Below, in pieces: positions 39,988 through 52,881 of a stretch of DNA of 59,249 bases. Origin of the DNA: Trichosphaerium sp. ATCC 40318 (Eukaryota > Protista > Tubulinea); assembly GCA_038496445.1 (NCBI GenBank), contig JALMLS010000581.1, positions 1 to 59,249 on the forward strand, written 5' to 3'. How positions within the stretch are numbered: position 1 is the stretch's first letter; every line of letters begins with the position of its first letter. The position numbers and the translations under genes are program-made. Under the pieces are notes generated by a model. It was not told the origin of the DNA and did not search any database. It saw only the letters and a list, made by a program, of their open reading frames with translations.

Positions 39988-40429
39988 AATGACCTATTTC
40001 ATGACTATGTCTTATGAGTGTTGTTCTATGCCTACACGTCAAGTAAAGGTGCTTGAGATACTTAAAATGTGTTAGTAGCTCAATTAAAACTTATTGTGGG
40101 TAAAATACATTTTACTTAGGTGAATGAGAACAAAACCAGATCTGAAGATATGTGTGGCGATATGTGAATTTCATTTTACATTTATAGTTAGAGTTAAGGA
40201 GGGTCTCTTTGGGTTTTATCAATAAACAAGTACATCGACTTTAATGGCTAAAACATAAACACCTATGATAGGTATTGTTTTATTACAATAAAATCTGCCA
40301 AAAGCCATCAGGCAAAATCATTGAAGGAACAAGAAAAAAAAAAGAAACACGAAAAAACACAAAAAAAGGAGCGGAAAACCAAAGCAAAAAAAAAGAAGTT
40401 GTTTGAGTTAACAGGAACAGCTTAATCAC

Positions 40430-43346
40430 TTAGTAATTTTCAAATGGATTAATCTTGGTTAAATTAGGCCTATTTGAAGGTACTGATCCATAAGACTTTG
40501 ATCCTGATGAGTTTGTTTCAAATGCAGCCAATTTTGAAGCGAAAGGATTTGAATTTGATAACTTCTTCCTTGACGGCTTTGGTGGAGGCACAGGCCTCAT
40601 TGGCTTCCTCGGAAGTGATGCGCTGTAATTTCCTTGCTTTGCTCTTGGACTTCTTGGCGGAACTTTGGGTACCCCTCTGTTATTCGCATGCTGAATCCCA
40701 AATTTCCTTCCTGGGCTCTTCGGTAGTGCACGTGGTCCTTTCGGAAGTGCACGTGGTCCTTTTGATGCTTGTCGCGGTGATGGTGGTGATTTCTGTCTCC
40801 ATTTAGAAGGATTAGGACGAATTATTACCGTTGGTCTCTTAGGTGCTGGAGACGACGTGTTTAACAGATCCTGATTTGACTTTGACCTGAAAGGTGATGT
40901 TGGTGGTTTTTTAGGTGGTGTAGTGAACCTTATTGTTCTTTTATTTGTATTTGGTGGTGGTGCCGATGGTGAAGGGTGTTGTGGTGGAGGTGGTGTTGGT
41001 TTTTTTATTGTTATTTGTTTTTTCTTATCTTCTCTCTCGTTTGATATACCTAACACCGATGCGAATATTTTATTGTAATCTGTGATTAACGAACGACATA
41101 GTTCGTTACTTATTTGACAAGCAGGTGAAAAAATAATGACTAGATTATCTATATGTATAATAAGAAAGAAGGTCAGGTAAAGAAAGAACTATACAACAAG
41201 AACAAAGGCGCGAAACAAGTTGTATTTTTTTCTTGTTTTTTTCTGAATTTTTGGTGTATTAAGAATGGTAGAGACAACGCACCTATAGTCATTCTGTTTG
41301 TAGTAGAGTGATCAGCTACTTTTCTCACTAAGCCAAAAACAGTCTGTATTACTTTTCTATATGATATAGGAATACTCGTGAACAAGAGTTCTCGAAGCTT
41401 CGTTGTGTAATCTTCTTCTAAAAAAAAAAGACTTTAGTCCAACGAAAACTTGGTTTTTTTTTTGTTTGATGCTAGTGCCCGATGATTATCTCGTCTAAGC
41501 TAAACTACTATACGATATATACTGTATGCAACGATAATATAAAATGATAATATACGTCAAATCACTACACATACCATCCATAGGAAGAGCTGATATGTCT
41601 TTTGAAAATAAACTATTTGGAAGTTCACGGAGATAAAGTTTAAAAAGACCAGCAACAACATGAGCATCCAATATCTCATCTAGATTTACAAATTCACCTG
41701 AGTAGATATCAGTAAATTACTAGAAACTAATATGTTTAAGGACCCTTACCTCTGTCATACATATCTTTATATTTGTTAATAGTGTTATGACTTCCGCTCA
41801 TTCGAAAAATTCCTTCCTCGTCCAATGCTATAAATACTTGTCAACACGCACTTATTATTAATATGTAACACCTACATTTTTTCTGTATATATGCTACACA
41901 ATCCTCAATAACCTTGAACATGATGTAAGCAAAATCAAGAAAGCTCAAGCTGGTTTTTTGAAAAAAAAAATAATACAATATCGTACAGGTGGTATCTCGT
42001 AAATTATTTGACCACGTTCATTCTCAAGTGCAGATGTTAATGGAATACCAAACGTCAAAGGCTTTTTCGGTCCATCTGCATCAATAGACGTCCTTTGCTG
42101 TACATATGAGCCCATTTGTGTTTTAGCTGCATCACCAACTATAAAACAAACAACATTAGTAAGAAGTTTTTTAACACTGCCACACCTTGCTTCATACGCT
42201 CCATTCCATCACGCCATTTTTGTTGTGATGTTTTCCATAGTCGACCACTACGAGAGAGGGTGAGTGCAAGTGTTACCCAATTATAAAAACATAAAACAAA
42301 GCCAACATCAAAGTATAGTTTTACCTCATACTCCAAGCCTTTGTTTTAAAATTTCCTTTCTCTGCTTCTGTTTCTACTTGTGCTTGTTCGTCTCCTGGTA
42401 GATGAACAGGCAGAGGAGGTTCCTTGGTTATACCTGCATTCCTCAAAAGCGTCTGAAAAACTGGTACTGCTTGTAAAAACGAACTCGCTAAGAAAGAAAA
42501 AAAAGTTAGTACATCTACTGTTATTGCTCAATTTACCTCTTGCTGGTTGGAATATAGACTTAATAGTCCAGTTTGCCGTATCTTTAACCCTGTAAAGTAT
42601 CGCTATAAGAACACCAGTCGCTGTGCCAACACCAGGAACCTTAATATCACCAAGTACTACGCCAACAGTTGAGAAAGATGAAAGATACAATATATACGCA
42701 CTTTGGTTCATTTTAGGTTCATACAACACGCATGTAGCAGAGTTTAACTCACGTAACGTCATTTGATCAGGACATGTCACTGAAACGCTAAGAGAAGGAA
42801 AACCCAAATCAGAAAAACAATAAAAACACCACGTGCGATCTTTATGGTCACGTGCCCAAGAGCTGTTACTCCTTCATGTAGTTGTGGCATGTTTATTAGT
42901 ATAAATACGTCATCTCCTTTACCTTGCTTGTTTCCTATAAAGAGGTAAAGTGTAAGTCAACCCATGACATGGGGCAAGACGAGGAAAGTGTTCTTTTCTT
43001 TTTTCTTTTTATGTTCGTTTTATTCGTACCTGAATGCGCAATAGTGCCGTCCTTGCTCGTTACTTTATGGTGAGACACCGCATCAAGTAAATTACCGTAC
43101 TAAAGCGGGTTATGGAATGTTTTAGTAAAAAAACACAAGCAAAAGCGCGTGTACTTCATCAAATGCTGCTATTGACGCGTCTAATTCCACTGGGCTCGCT
43201 GTTTGGTCAAAGTTCCATCGAAACCCAATACGTACACTCACTGTACCGTTTATAAATGCGGTTTGTTGAGGCGACGACAGATGAAATTGCTGCTCTAGCG
43301 TTGTTTAAGCGGTTTTTGGTTTTTTAATTGACGCACGAAGTGCCAT
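40430..43346 (-). CDS. TerD-domain + RhoGAP + proline-rich tail protein
   Basis: TerD: VRIGFRW...ELDASIAAFDE|YGNLLDAV...SKDGTIAHS|GN...GDD...ILYR...W. RhoGAP: FGIPL, ALDEEGIFRMSG, AHVVAGLFKLYLRELP, NRMT. The ORF 40430-41056 is PxxP-rich. Confidence 0.85.
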
Positions 43347-43995
43347 TTAGACTTAGCGGTCACGTAACGTGTAGTTGTATCTGGAGGCGTTTTAATGCGT
43401 AAATCTAAGCTCGTGTAAACAATATAACAATAAGTATTTATGGTTTAACGCTTACTAAAAAACGAGATGAACTAGCGAATGTATTTGTGTAGTTTACAGC
43501 ACTCCAATTAAGGCACTTAACACAAGTTGTTTAAGTTTTTTTTGGAAAGTTGGTTGTTTTTGGAACAGTGCGTAATTGCAGTTTGTAGTATTAGAATAAA
43601 TGTTGCAGTATTCTCATAGTTTTATTTAGGCCAAAATCTGCTATAATTTTTGGCCAGAAATCCCAGGTAGAACTGTATGTGCACAAACTTAAAAAACGAA
43701 AAAAAAGTAGATCGTTGTTATCACAAACAAGTTCTGAAGAAGCGTGAAATTACTTGTTGTGTGGCTTGAGTTTAGGTGTCCGGATTCCATGACACATAAA
43801 GAATAATAACCGATAACAACAGGCCAAGAAACGTGGCTCATCAACAATGCCACAAAGTTTTAATGTAGCGCTAATCATTCACAAGCTTTTCCGTAGATTG
43901 ACTGCAAGAACTTATAATGCGAATGCCTGTCCATAAAATCAGTCATTGTTTACTAATGACATGTTTATTAAATTTACACATATATTTTCGAGGCC

Positions 43996-44900
43996 TTAGA
44001 ACAGTGCCTCTCCAAGCTTTTTTGAATGTTTACTTCTGCCACCAATGGGCATAACTGTATTCGTACACAAGGTCAAACCTAAGTGAAAGAACAAAGAAAT
44101 AACAAGCATAGTCATAATCGTACACCTCGTTACCAAAAAGAACGTTATCACTCCAATAAGCACAAGAGCAACAAGTACACCAACAATAATGCGGCAAATC
44201 TCATTACTCCCACTCTTATTACAGTTCTTGGATGAACACCACATCCATACAAGTTGGTATTATCTAAAACCAACTTTAGTTTTTCAAACAACTTGTTGAT
44301 GTTCGAATGGCCTCAAACTTGCCTTGTCACTTCTACTTGTTGTTCATTTGAAAATAGGAAACCATCAGTAGAATTAAATATTGAATCTGATATTGTCAAT
44401 AATTCATGAATAGCAACGCATGCAATAATAAAATGATAAAAAATCCTAAAAATGCTGCGAAGAAAAATGTGTCATTTAGCTCTAGCATACCCAGCAACGG
44501 TTCCTACACCAGTACCGTTTACACCAACACCCAATAAACCAACGTGTTAAACATTATCGATTGTATGTGTTGCTATTTTAACAATCATAAGCCACTATCG
44601 TCAATAGAATGACCGAAATACGCTATTTTGAGAGCAAGATGAACAGTATTTCTATTTGCTCCGTTCGCTGAGATGTGAATACACATGTGCTACTGTAATG
44701 CGAAAGACAAGTACAGAAAAACAAGTAAATATTCTAGAGGCAGTAGTGGGAAATTCACCAATTTTAGGCTTTATTGTCTCTAAAAACTGGAGACTTTTAG
44801 GTAATGTAGACTTCAATAAAATACAATCTACAAATCGCTTTCGTACACGGACAGAGTTTCTGTTCAACACGTTTCTCTGTTGTTAGCTGCTAAACAAGAA
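43996..44900 (-). CDS. Hypothetical membrane protein (multi-exon; boundaries uncertain)
   Basis: TM exon IIVGVLVALVLIGVITFFLV with upstream spliceable exons; no family recognised. Confidence 0.35.
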
Positions 44901-45033
44901 TTTGTTTCTGCCTCATGGGAAAAAACCAAGCTACCCTGTTAATACCCTACATCACCTATTCTACGCGAAGATAAGCATTTGTGGCCCTCACAGTTATCTG
45001 GTACCGTACCATTAAATATTTCTTTATTACAAT

Positions 45034-47627
45034 TTACATTTCATCATTTTTGTTCTCAAGGCATAAAGACGTGTTTACCCACTCATCCAATGTATTTGTT
45101 TCTGAACAAAGTTTTTTTAATGGGTCAATTCGACAGTCACTAAAATCAAAGGGAGCATCATCTTCTTTCTGCTTAACCTCTGTCTCTGTTGTAGTATGTA
45201 CACTCAAGTCTTTTATTTCTGGCGGAACCTTTGGTTTGGAAGTACTAGTAGAAAAGAATTAAAAAACAAAGTAATAATAAAAAAAAAGAAAGTTCGAAGG
45301 AGAAGGCGTCACAGAATCCGTACAAATCTTGTAAAGAGACTGGCTGTGTTCTCTGCATTTCATTCATAACATCAGTATAATACGTCATATCAAATCCACA
45401 ACATAGTGCTTCTTGGTAAATACACCTAAAACACGTTTTAAAAAACTTGCCCAGAAAAAATCCGCTAAAAAGTTTCTAGCGCCAACAGGCATTTGAGTAT
45501 GTACCATAAATGAACAGGTGCTATGAGTATAAATCCAATGCTATCAATAAGACTTTGAAAGCACTACAACACGTAATAAACAATCACGTGATTTTTATGT
45601 ACAATATCGCCAAAAAAAAAAAAGGTAAATTGACTTACTGCGTAAAATAATGGTCTATCACACGTGTGTAGGGCGACATAACATATATTATACAAAATAT
45701 AAGGCGCGCCAGGAAAAAATTGTGGATTCGATGCTGCTTTATACACGTTCCAAGTAGCCCACGCTGTCTATCAATGGTTGTCAACAACAGGGAAAACAAA
45801 ATTGAATTTTCGTAATAAAAATAAACTGTGCTAGTACGTTTGAAGCTATCGTTGTAAAAGAAGCAGCAAGGCTTGCCACAGCAGCAATAGAATCGGCCAT
45901 AGCTCCGAAACAAGTCGAGTTGTAAGGGGACTTTACAGAAAATGCGAAGGAAGCAAACTTCTTCAAGTCATACAGCTGGTTCATACAATCACTATATTCC
46001 TCAGCTGTCTAAATAAAAAATCAAAAAAAAAACGGTTTATCGCATTGTGCACTAACCAATCTCGGTAGTTTAGCATTATCTCCCCATATATACGCGTACA
46101 TATGCATATGTGATACTTTAACCCAAACCTACAAACCATGGAGTAAATATTTTGCCGCCTTTTTTTCACTGAAAGAGTAACAGACGAAACGTCGAGACCC
46201 ATACCGCGGTTGCAGATGCCCAAAGTAATTGTGTAACTTGAATTTCATTTAAATTATTAGCATGTTCTTCAAGCATTAGATATGAAAGTTGTTGTACAAT
46301 CTCTTGTAATGATTCAACAATATCTTCCCTTTAAAAAAATTATTTAATAAACAAAGTGTTGAACACTGTCACGTACCTTGATCTCGCAGCTAAATCGACT
46401 AAGTGTACTTTAAAGTTTGTATGAAGTATATATATTGCAAGGGCAGCAAATTGATTTTGCATTACAGTAGCATCACCTTTCATTCTATCCACAATCGCTT
46501 CAAATTCAAGTTAAAAAAATGAAAAAAAAAGAAACATACCTAATGACGTGTTTACATAAAATAACCCCATAGGAACATCTTCAGTGCCCATAATATACAT
46601 ACCGAGGTTATATACACCCTCTTAAAGAATATTAAACATAAATTACTTGGGAAAAGGTTGATAGGAGATAGTTTACATACGAGCAAGTATAACATTATTT
46701 TTCTCAAGCATTGATCGAACAATTTCCTTTGACATGTCTATAAACTCAGCAGCATGACTACTAAACCCAGCTAATCTAGCACCCCATGCCATACACGTTA
46801 AAACACGTAACATTCTGGGATCAAAACGCCAAGCTAGGTACATAGGGTAAGTCGAGAAAATATCTTAATCTGGTGTTTTGATTTCCAAATTGAAATAGAA
46901 AATTCTGGATTTCATGATAATTTTGGGTTTAGTCCTCCTTCGGGACACGAGGGTATCGTACTGTTATCCCTCCTTAGTGTTTCTAAAAGCGCTGAGGCAT
47001 TCATTGTATTGGAAGATTGCCCCTACAATGTTTTAGAGCGCTTTTCGTGAAAATACGAAAAAAAAAAAACCACCATACGTTCCATGGTCCTAACGTAGTA
47101 CGATACAATTCAGCATATGAATTAGTGTTTGAAATTAACATAAGTCTTGCGGAGCGAGCCCATGAAGCCTTGATTTAAGAGAAAAAAAAGAGTTAGTTTA
47201 CCCAAAACAGTTTAACTTGGTTAAATAATAAATTCAACGCACTGGTGAAGGCTTTCTAGTGCTTAGTTGTTTTAACCGGTCAATTTCTGCTTGTTGAGCT
47301 TCTAACTTCTTTTTTAGTTTTGCCATCTCTGCTGCCATTCTAATGAGGTGTCCTAATGCACGAAAAACACGTTAGCTTTTTTTTGTACACAATTAGATAA
47401 AACAATCGTTCTAGCATTCTCTTACCTTGTGCAGGGCCTCTTTTCTGGGGTGGGGGATAAGTACAATCAACTGAACGCTTTTCACATCTAGCGCATGGCT
47501 CATTTCCGTCGCATTTTAAATGTTTCGTCCTACAACGCGTGCAGGCACGTCTTTTTCGCCTCTCATGCCGTCTTTGTACGTGCATAGGTACACCATTAAA
47601 ACTTACTGAAACTTTTTGTTTTTCCAT
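45034..47627 (-). CDS. Zn(II)2Cys6 binuclear-cluster transcription factor
   Basis: ACTRCRTKHLKCDGNEPCARCEKRSVDCTY...KRGP, a coiled coil, and a long helical C-terminal region over many exons. Confidence 0.9.
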
Positions 47628-48259
47628 TGTAGACTTAAATAAACTGTATTAAGCTGGAAAGCGGCCTAATAACGCGATACAAGTCAATGCTATTACGTTT
47701 GTGATCTTTCCGGAATTTTAATAATTATTAAAACCTTATTTGAAGGCATAATTACCCGTACGTTACATACAACAACCTCTGAAGGCGTGAAAAACGATAC
47801 AATGGAGCTATCGTTACGTTTAAGGCATGAAATCAGAGTTGTCATTATTACAAAACCGGAATCGAGTTTAATATCTTTGTCTACGCATGCCAACAAAACT
47901 CCCATCGATATGAGACGACAGGAATTTCGATTATTCTGGAATCCTTTAAATGAAAAGAAGGATGTTGAGTACACCTGGTATGAAACCTAGCCATTAATCG
48001 CTGACGTTCTAGACTACAACCAAAAAGGCGAAATGAAAAACAAATACTCCGTTGCAATCTACTCGCTGTATTTTTTCTTTCGAACGCTTAAATTGGTACC
48101 CTCGATGGGCACACGCGCATTGGGAAGTGTCAACCACAAGTGCAATGCAATTGCTGACCATGTTTTTGCACAACTTATATACTAATCGTTATCAAAATAA
48201 GGGTGCTAGCACACTTGTTTAAGTGTGGTGGTAGGTGACTAGGTGTTTTTATTGTACAA

Positions 48260-49529
48260 TTATGATCTCCTTTCTTGGACAACTTGTCCATTTTTTTTTT
48301 TTGAATATAAACGATAAGGATAAATACGTTCACGCCATGAAGGTATAATTAATGTTAACAATAGTATCACAATCGCAATAAGAACAACCAAAGCTACTAC
48401 TGCAGCAACTACAGGGACTGTTGGAAAATCTGAGGTGTTTGATTGAGCTACACATGATGAAGAAAACAAGATGATCAACTTTCCACTTGCTGTTTAAAAA
48501 AAAGTCAGAGCTATGAACCAAGGTGTAACTACTTTCTTCGTAAAGGGCGTACTTTGAGAAAAACATGCATTAGTTGTATCAGTTAGAGTTATGTTGTCTG
48601 TGTCGATCACGCAGTCTTCTCGGAAGTTAATCAAAGTAAACGAATCAGTTTTTTCTATTGCGGTTGTGTCAATGACAACATTCTTGTTGAAGATAGGACA
48701 TCCTCCTATTAAGATTGAAGAGTTTGAATCCACCAAAATCACAGTATTATCCAAAAACAGAATATCTCCTAAATCACTTCATCAATTTAACTTATCAATA
48801 TCAGAAGTGTTGTACCAGGTGTACTGTAAATTATTCCAATTACAGAAAAAGTTCCATCAATTTCAACAACATCAATTGCTATTGTTGGTGAATCACCAAT
48901 TGCTATTGTTGGTGGATCAAGTGTTGTTTTGTTGATACACGAAACTTCTGTTTGGGGTCTTTCATCACAGGGAATGTCATTCAAACCTACAAAGAAAGTT
49001 AGACTACTACAAAAGCAATAGAACCACTACCTGCGCTACGCATCTGAAGACATTTCTGAGAATTACCAAAATCCGGCCTAGCAATAAAAAATTCGTTTAT
49101 AAAAAATGAAGCATTCCCTTTGGCATCGGATTGAAACAAGTCACTTGATAATATACTTTTCCCGCTTGCTTGCCATCTGAATGATGATAATACAATCTCG
49201 CAACTTTTGCAATCTGTATTAGTTTTGTGGCAATTTTCGCATACAACCATTGTGTCAGTTGCATTTGTATCAAAGCGCGCATTCAACCAGATGCTGCCAC
49301 CTCCTAACGATTGACTCATATTCTTCCACTTGTCAAAATCAGTTTTGGAGGATTTCTGGTACCATTTGACCTCTTCAAAAACAATATTAGCAAAGAAATC
49401 ATTTAACAAATTTATCACGTGCCTATTTTCACAGTAGCTTACAGCGCTAGTATAATTTCGTATGTTAATACATGATGTGTACCGCGAGAATATAAGTAAT
49501 AAAGAAAGCGAACCAAGTATACGAAACAT
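48260..49529 (-). CDS. C-type lectin-domain type-I membrane protein, copy B
   Basis: Near-identical paralog of 38763-39987 with a different cytoplasmic tail and a 2-nt deletion near intron 1. Confidence 0.7.
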
Positions 49530-49800
49530 AAACACTTCTTCTGGAGTTATTGAGGTTATTCGATGCTAACGCATTAAGAACGTTAGTTGAGATATTACAA
49601 AAATACAAATGACAAAATTGGGTCTTTTTGGCGTAGCAGAGAGCACACAAGCGCCTGGATTCAATTTGTTGCGTTATTGGTGAAATGGGTAATCTACTTA
49701 TTTACAGTCCAAAGTGTATACCAGTACGTACGAGATGTTCTTCCTTCGAGTTTGTAGAAAGTGATCAAAGCGAGGATAATGTGAACCGTGTGGCTTAAAT
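48330..49800. repeat. Inverted segmental duplication, arm 2
   Basis: Reverse complement of 38504-39951. Confidence 0.95.
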
Positions 49801-50609
49801 TACCTAATGGATTATAAATGGTGTTTAGGAAAACTTACTTGATGTAAGGAAGTCCGTTCATTGAACTCCTTATAACAAGGTCTTTGCTGACGTAGACACT
49901 ATCAATGAATAGAATTCATACCGTGTACATTCCTAATAAAGAGAATTTTTATACAAACAAGAGTCACAACTACTCTTATTTTATATACACGTAAGGAAGA
50001 TACACTGGCCAGGTACTCATCCTTACATTGACACAAATAAAAGAGTGTAGGCATTCACCTACTCGGCGAACGTAGTATAGTTACTGGTACCCTATTTGGT
50101 TTGATAGAAATGCTTAGATTTGGATGTCAGTGGGATCTCGCTATAGAGACTACATAAAGAATCGCAGAATTTTTTTATACCATACCGCGACTATCATGGA
50201 TGTTTTGTTTTAAAGCACGTGATTACTCTGGCAATGATAAAAATAGAATCCATTAGCGGACAGTTGTAGTAAAGGTGAGTAGTTCAATAAGAAAGTTTCT
50301 TGCAACATACAAAGCCATGCTAGATTGTACCTTACCTTGTACTTGTACTTTAATATCGGTCAATAAACGTTCCTTAGGAGGTCAAATTACAAAAACAAAA
50401 AAACACAGAATAAGTTGTGTTTTTTGTTTAGTTTTTGTGATTCTTACATCCTAACGTATCACATACCTTCCACGTTATATTTCTAGCTTTGCAGCATACG
50501 CTTGATTGTTCTATTCCCAACTCGGCTGTGTTGGTTATTTCAATTGTGGAATTGATGTTTGTTCACTCCATTTTGGCTGGTCTAAGGGTTACATTTGTTG
50601 TTTAACATT

Positions 50610-52791
50610 TTATTTTACAAGTTGTTGAATATCAGAAATCAAAGCCAACATATTTTTTTTATTTCCTTCTGTCCATTGCGCACGCTCAACACCCGCTTTT
50701 ATTGCGTCTAAGTTGTTCTTGAGAGCAAATTCTATACGATGAGCATTGTCAGAAATGAGAACTTGTCCACAGGCAAACAACATGCGAAAGACTAAAAAGA
50801 ATGTAAGAAGAGTGCAGTATTTATTTTTGGTTGTACCATGTTGGTGATCAATAAAATTAGGTGAATCCAGTTCTGTTGTAATTAATTTGAAAATTGTTTT
50901 ATTGTATGTATACGATGGTTTTGATGCCAAGGCATAATTATAAAGCAATGCTGAAGCAGTCTATGATAGAGTATTAGAGCACTAACATTGGGAGGTTTTT
51001 TCTGTTTCAAATTTTTCATTGTTACAGTTATTGTGATTTTAGACGTACTGCTTTAGTTTTTCTGTTAGTCATCAGTGTCTCTAGTTGTCGCAGTACTATC
51101 GAAGCAACGTCTTGTTGTAGCATAAATTCTTTACCACAACTCTGCTTAAAGAGATTTACTCCCTGTAAACAGATTAATACAGTGCTATATTTAGCGTTTT
51201 CTCAGATTTCTCGGTTTCTGTTTAAGCTTATCTCAAAGAAACGTACCAATAACAGCGCCATCATTTTTGGTGGTGCCTTTTCTGCTTTCAAGTAAACGCT
51301 TAGGCATTTTTTCAGGAAGGTTGCTGTAAAGTATTTCTGTTAATGAACCAACAAAGTGAACTTTTTTTTTATTTTCCAAACAACGTACGTTCTTCCAAGA
51401 CAAACAAGCTAGTTGCTGGTTCATAAAGAATAAATAATCTGAGGATATATAATATAGGATACGGAGCAGTGTCTAATTTTGATACTATATACTTTGTTAG
51501 AAGCGAAGCCAGGCAACAACAAAAAAAAGTTTGTAAAGAAAAAAACAAAAAAAAACATCAACATACTCATGACGTCGAAGGCATTTCCTGATACCTCGTT
51601 CTTTAGTGGATCTTCAACAAATAATTTTATAGAAGATAAAGCCTTAGTTTCAGCCTATAAAGCAAGAAAAATATAAGACATAAGACCGTTATCAAATAAA
51701 AAAAAAAAAGATGATTTTGAAAAATACCTCAGTTAATGACGTTGTTTTAGCAAGCTTATTTATCATTGCTTCAATATTTTTTTGTTCTGCAATGATTGGT
51801 ACTTGGACTCTTTCTCCATTCTTTGCCAATACAGTAAGTTTTGGTAATACTTGTGAAAGATCTATAAACGCCAACATTAATAAAAAAAAACCCCAAAGAT
51901 CTATCAATTTACCCTGTAATGAAATTTGAGGTGCCACTGGTGTAGTTGCCGTTGATGCTCCGTTATTAGGAAGTTGACTTCCTAAAGCTGCTTGTTGTCT
52001 AATGACATTGTGAGTTAGTAAGAACAAGACCAATCAAAGTATCTATAAAAGTAAGAAAAAAAAGCACTTACTGGTAGTGCATCATTTCTGGCATTGCACG
52101 CTGTTGCTTTGCTTGAGCTTCAAACTGCTCAATTAAAGGCTTTATCATTGCACCAAAAGGAGAATTAAGTACTTCATCTGGTAAACCGACAATATCTAGT
52201 CATCAAGAATGAGCAAGAGCGCTCAAAGCGAAGATGTTGATTTAATATTCTTTTTTTTTGTTTTGTTTATGGTTTTCTTGCCTTTTGGGATGCCTTTACC
52301 AGTCAAGAATTCGCTCACAGTATTGCTAAAGTTATTGCAATTGTTGCCTAGGAGTCTATATGTGCTCAAATTGTAGTTTGGGCTTATTTCGGCGATGAAA
52401 TCGTCAAAGACTTCTTTTGGGATTTGTGTTGTACCGAGTCTTCGTAGTTAAGGCTTTTTAGCTTGTTACAAAAAAATTGTACTCAGTTTTTGTGGATACG
52501 GTATTACTTTCGTTGGTGTGCCATATTGGGTCATAGACTATGATTGTGAGCATTTTCAGCGCTTGGTAACGTACTGGTTCTAATTGTTGTATTACACCGC
52601 CCCAAAAGTATTCCATTCCATATACAACTACGCCAGTATGCCTAAAACGAGTATTAGAAATCCGTGACGAAAAATAACGTATAGGCGTACCAAATACCTT
52701 CTATTTGCTTCCCCAAGAACGCTTGGGAAAGTTGTTTCGCCATACCACGCGATAAATCATAAACATGAAGTTTAACTTCGAAACTAGCCAT
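50610..52791 (-). CDS. DESI1: PPPDE peptidase (desumoylating isopeptidase 1-like) with C-terminal PUL domain
   Basis: [13 protein letters not shown]...IEGIW|[33 protein letters not shown], and a helical PUL-like end (SALLYNYA). Confidence 0.9.
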
Positions 52792-52881
52792 TTTTGTATT
52801 TTAATGTTGACACCCTAAGCCAACAACGATTTTGGACTTAAGCCAACATCCTAAAAGGACACCGAATTTTCCAACAACGCC
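52792..52881. promoter_or_regulatory. ~90-bp bidirectional promoter/5'UTR between divergent ATGs
   Basis: ATG at 52791 (-) and ATG at 52882 (+), with three (AAG)CCAACA copies between them. Confidence 0.5.

Noticed and set aside
38504-49800. DNA transposon with long terminal inverted repeats
   Set aside because: The arms are complete lectin genes, and no transposase or target-site duplication is evident.
50050-50600. Small gene downstream of DeSI-PUL
   Set aside because: Exon-like fragments contain stops and no consistent model could be built.
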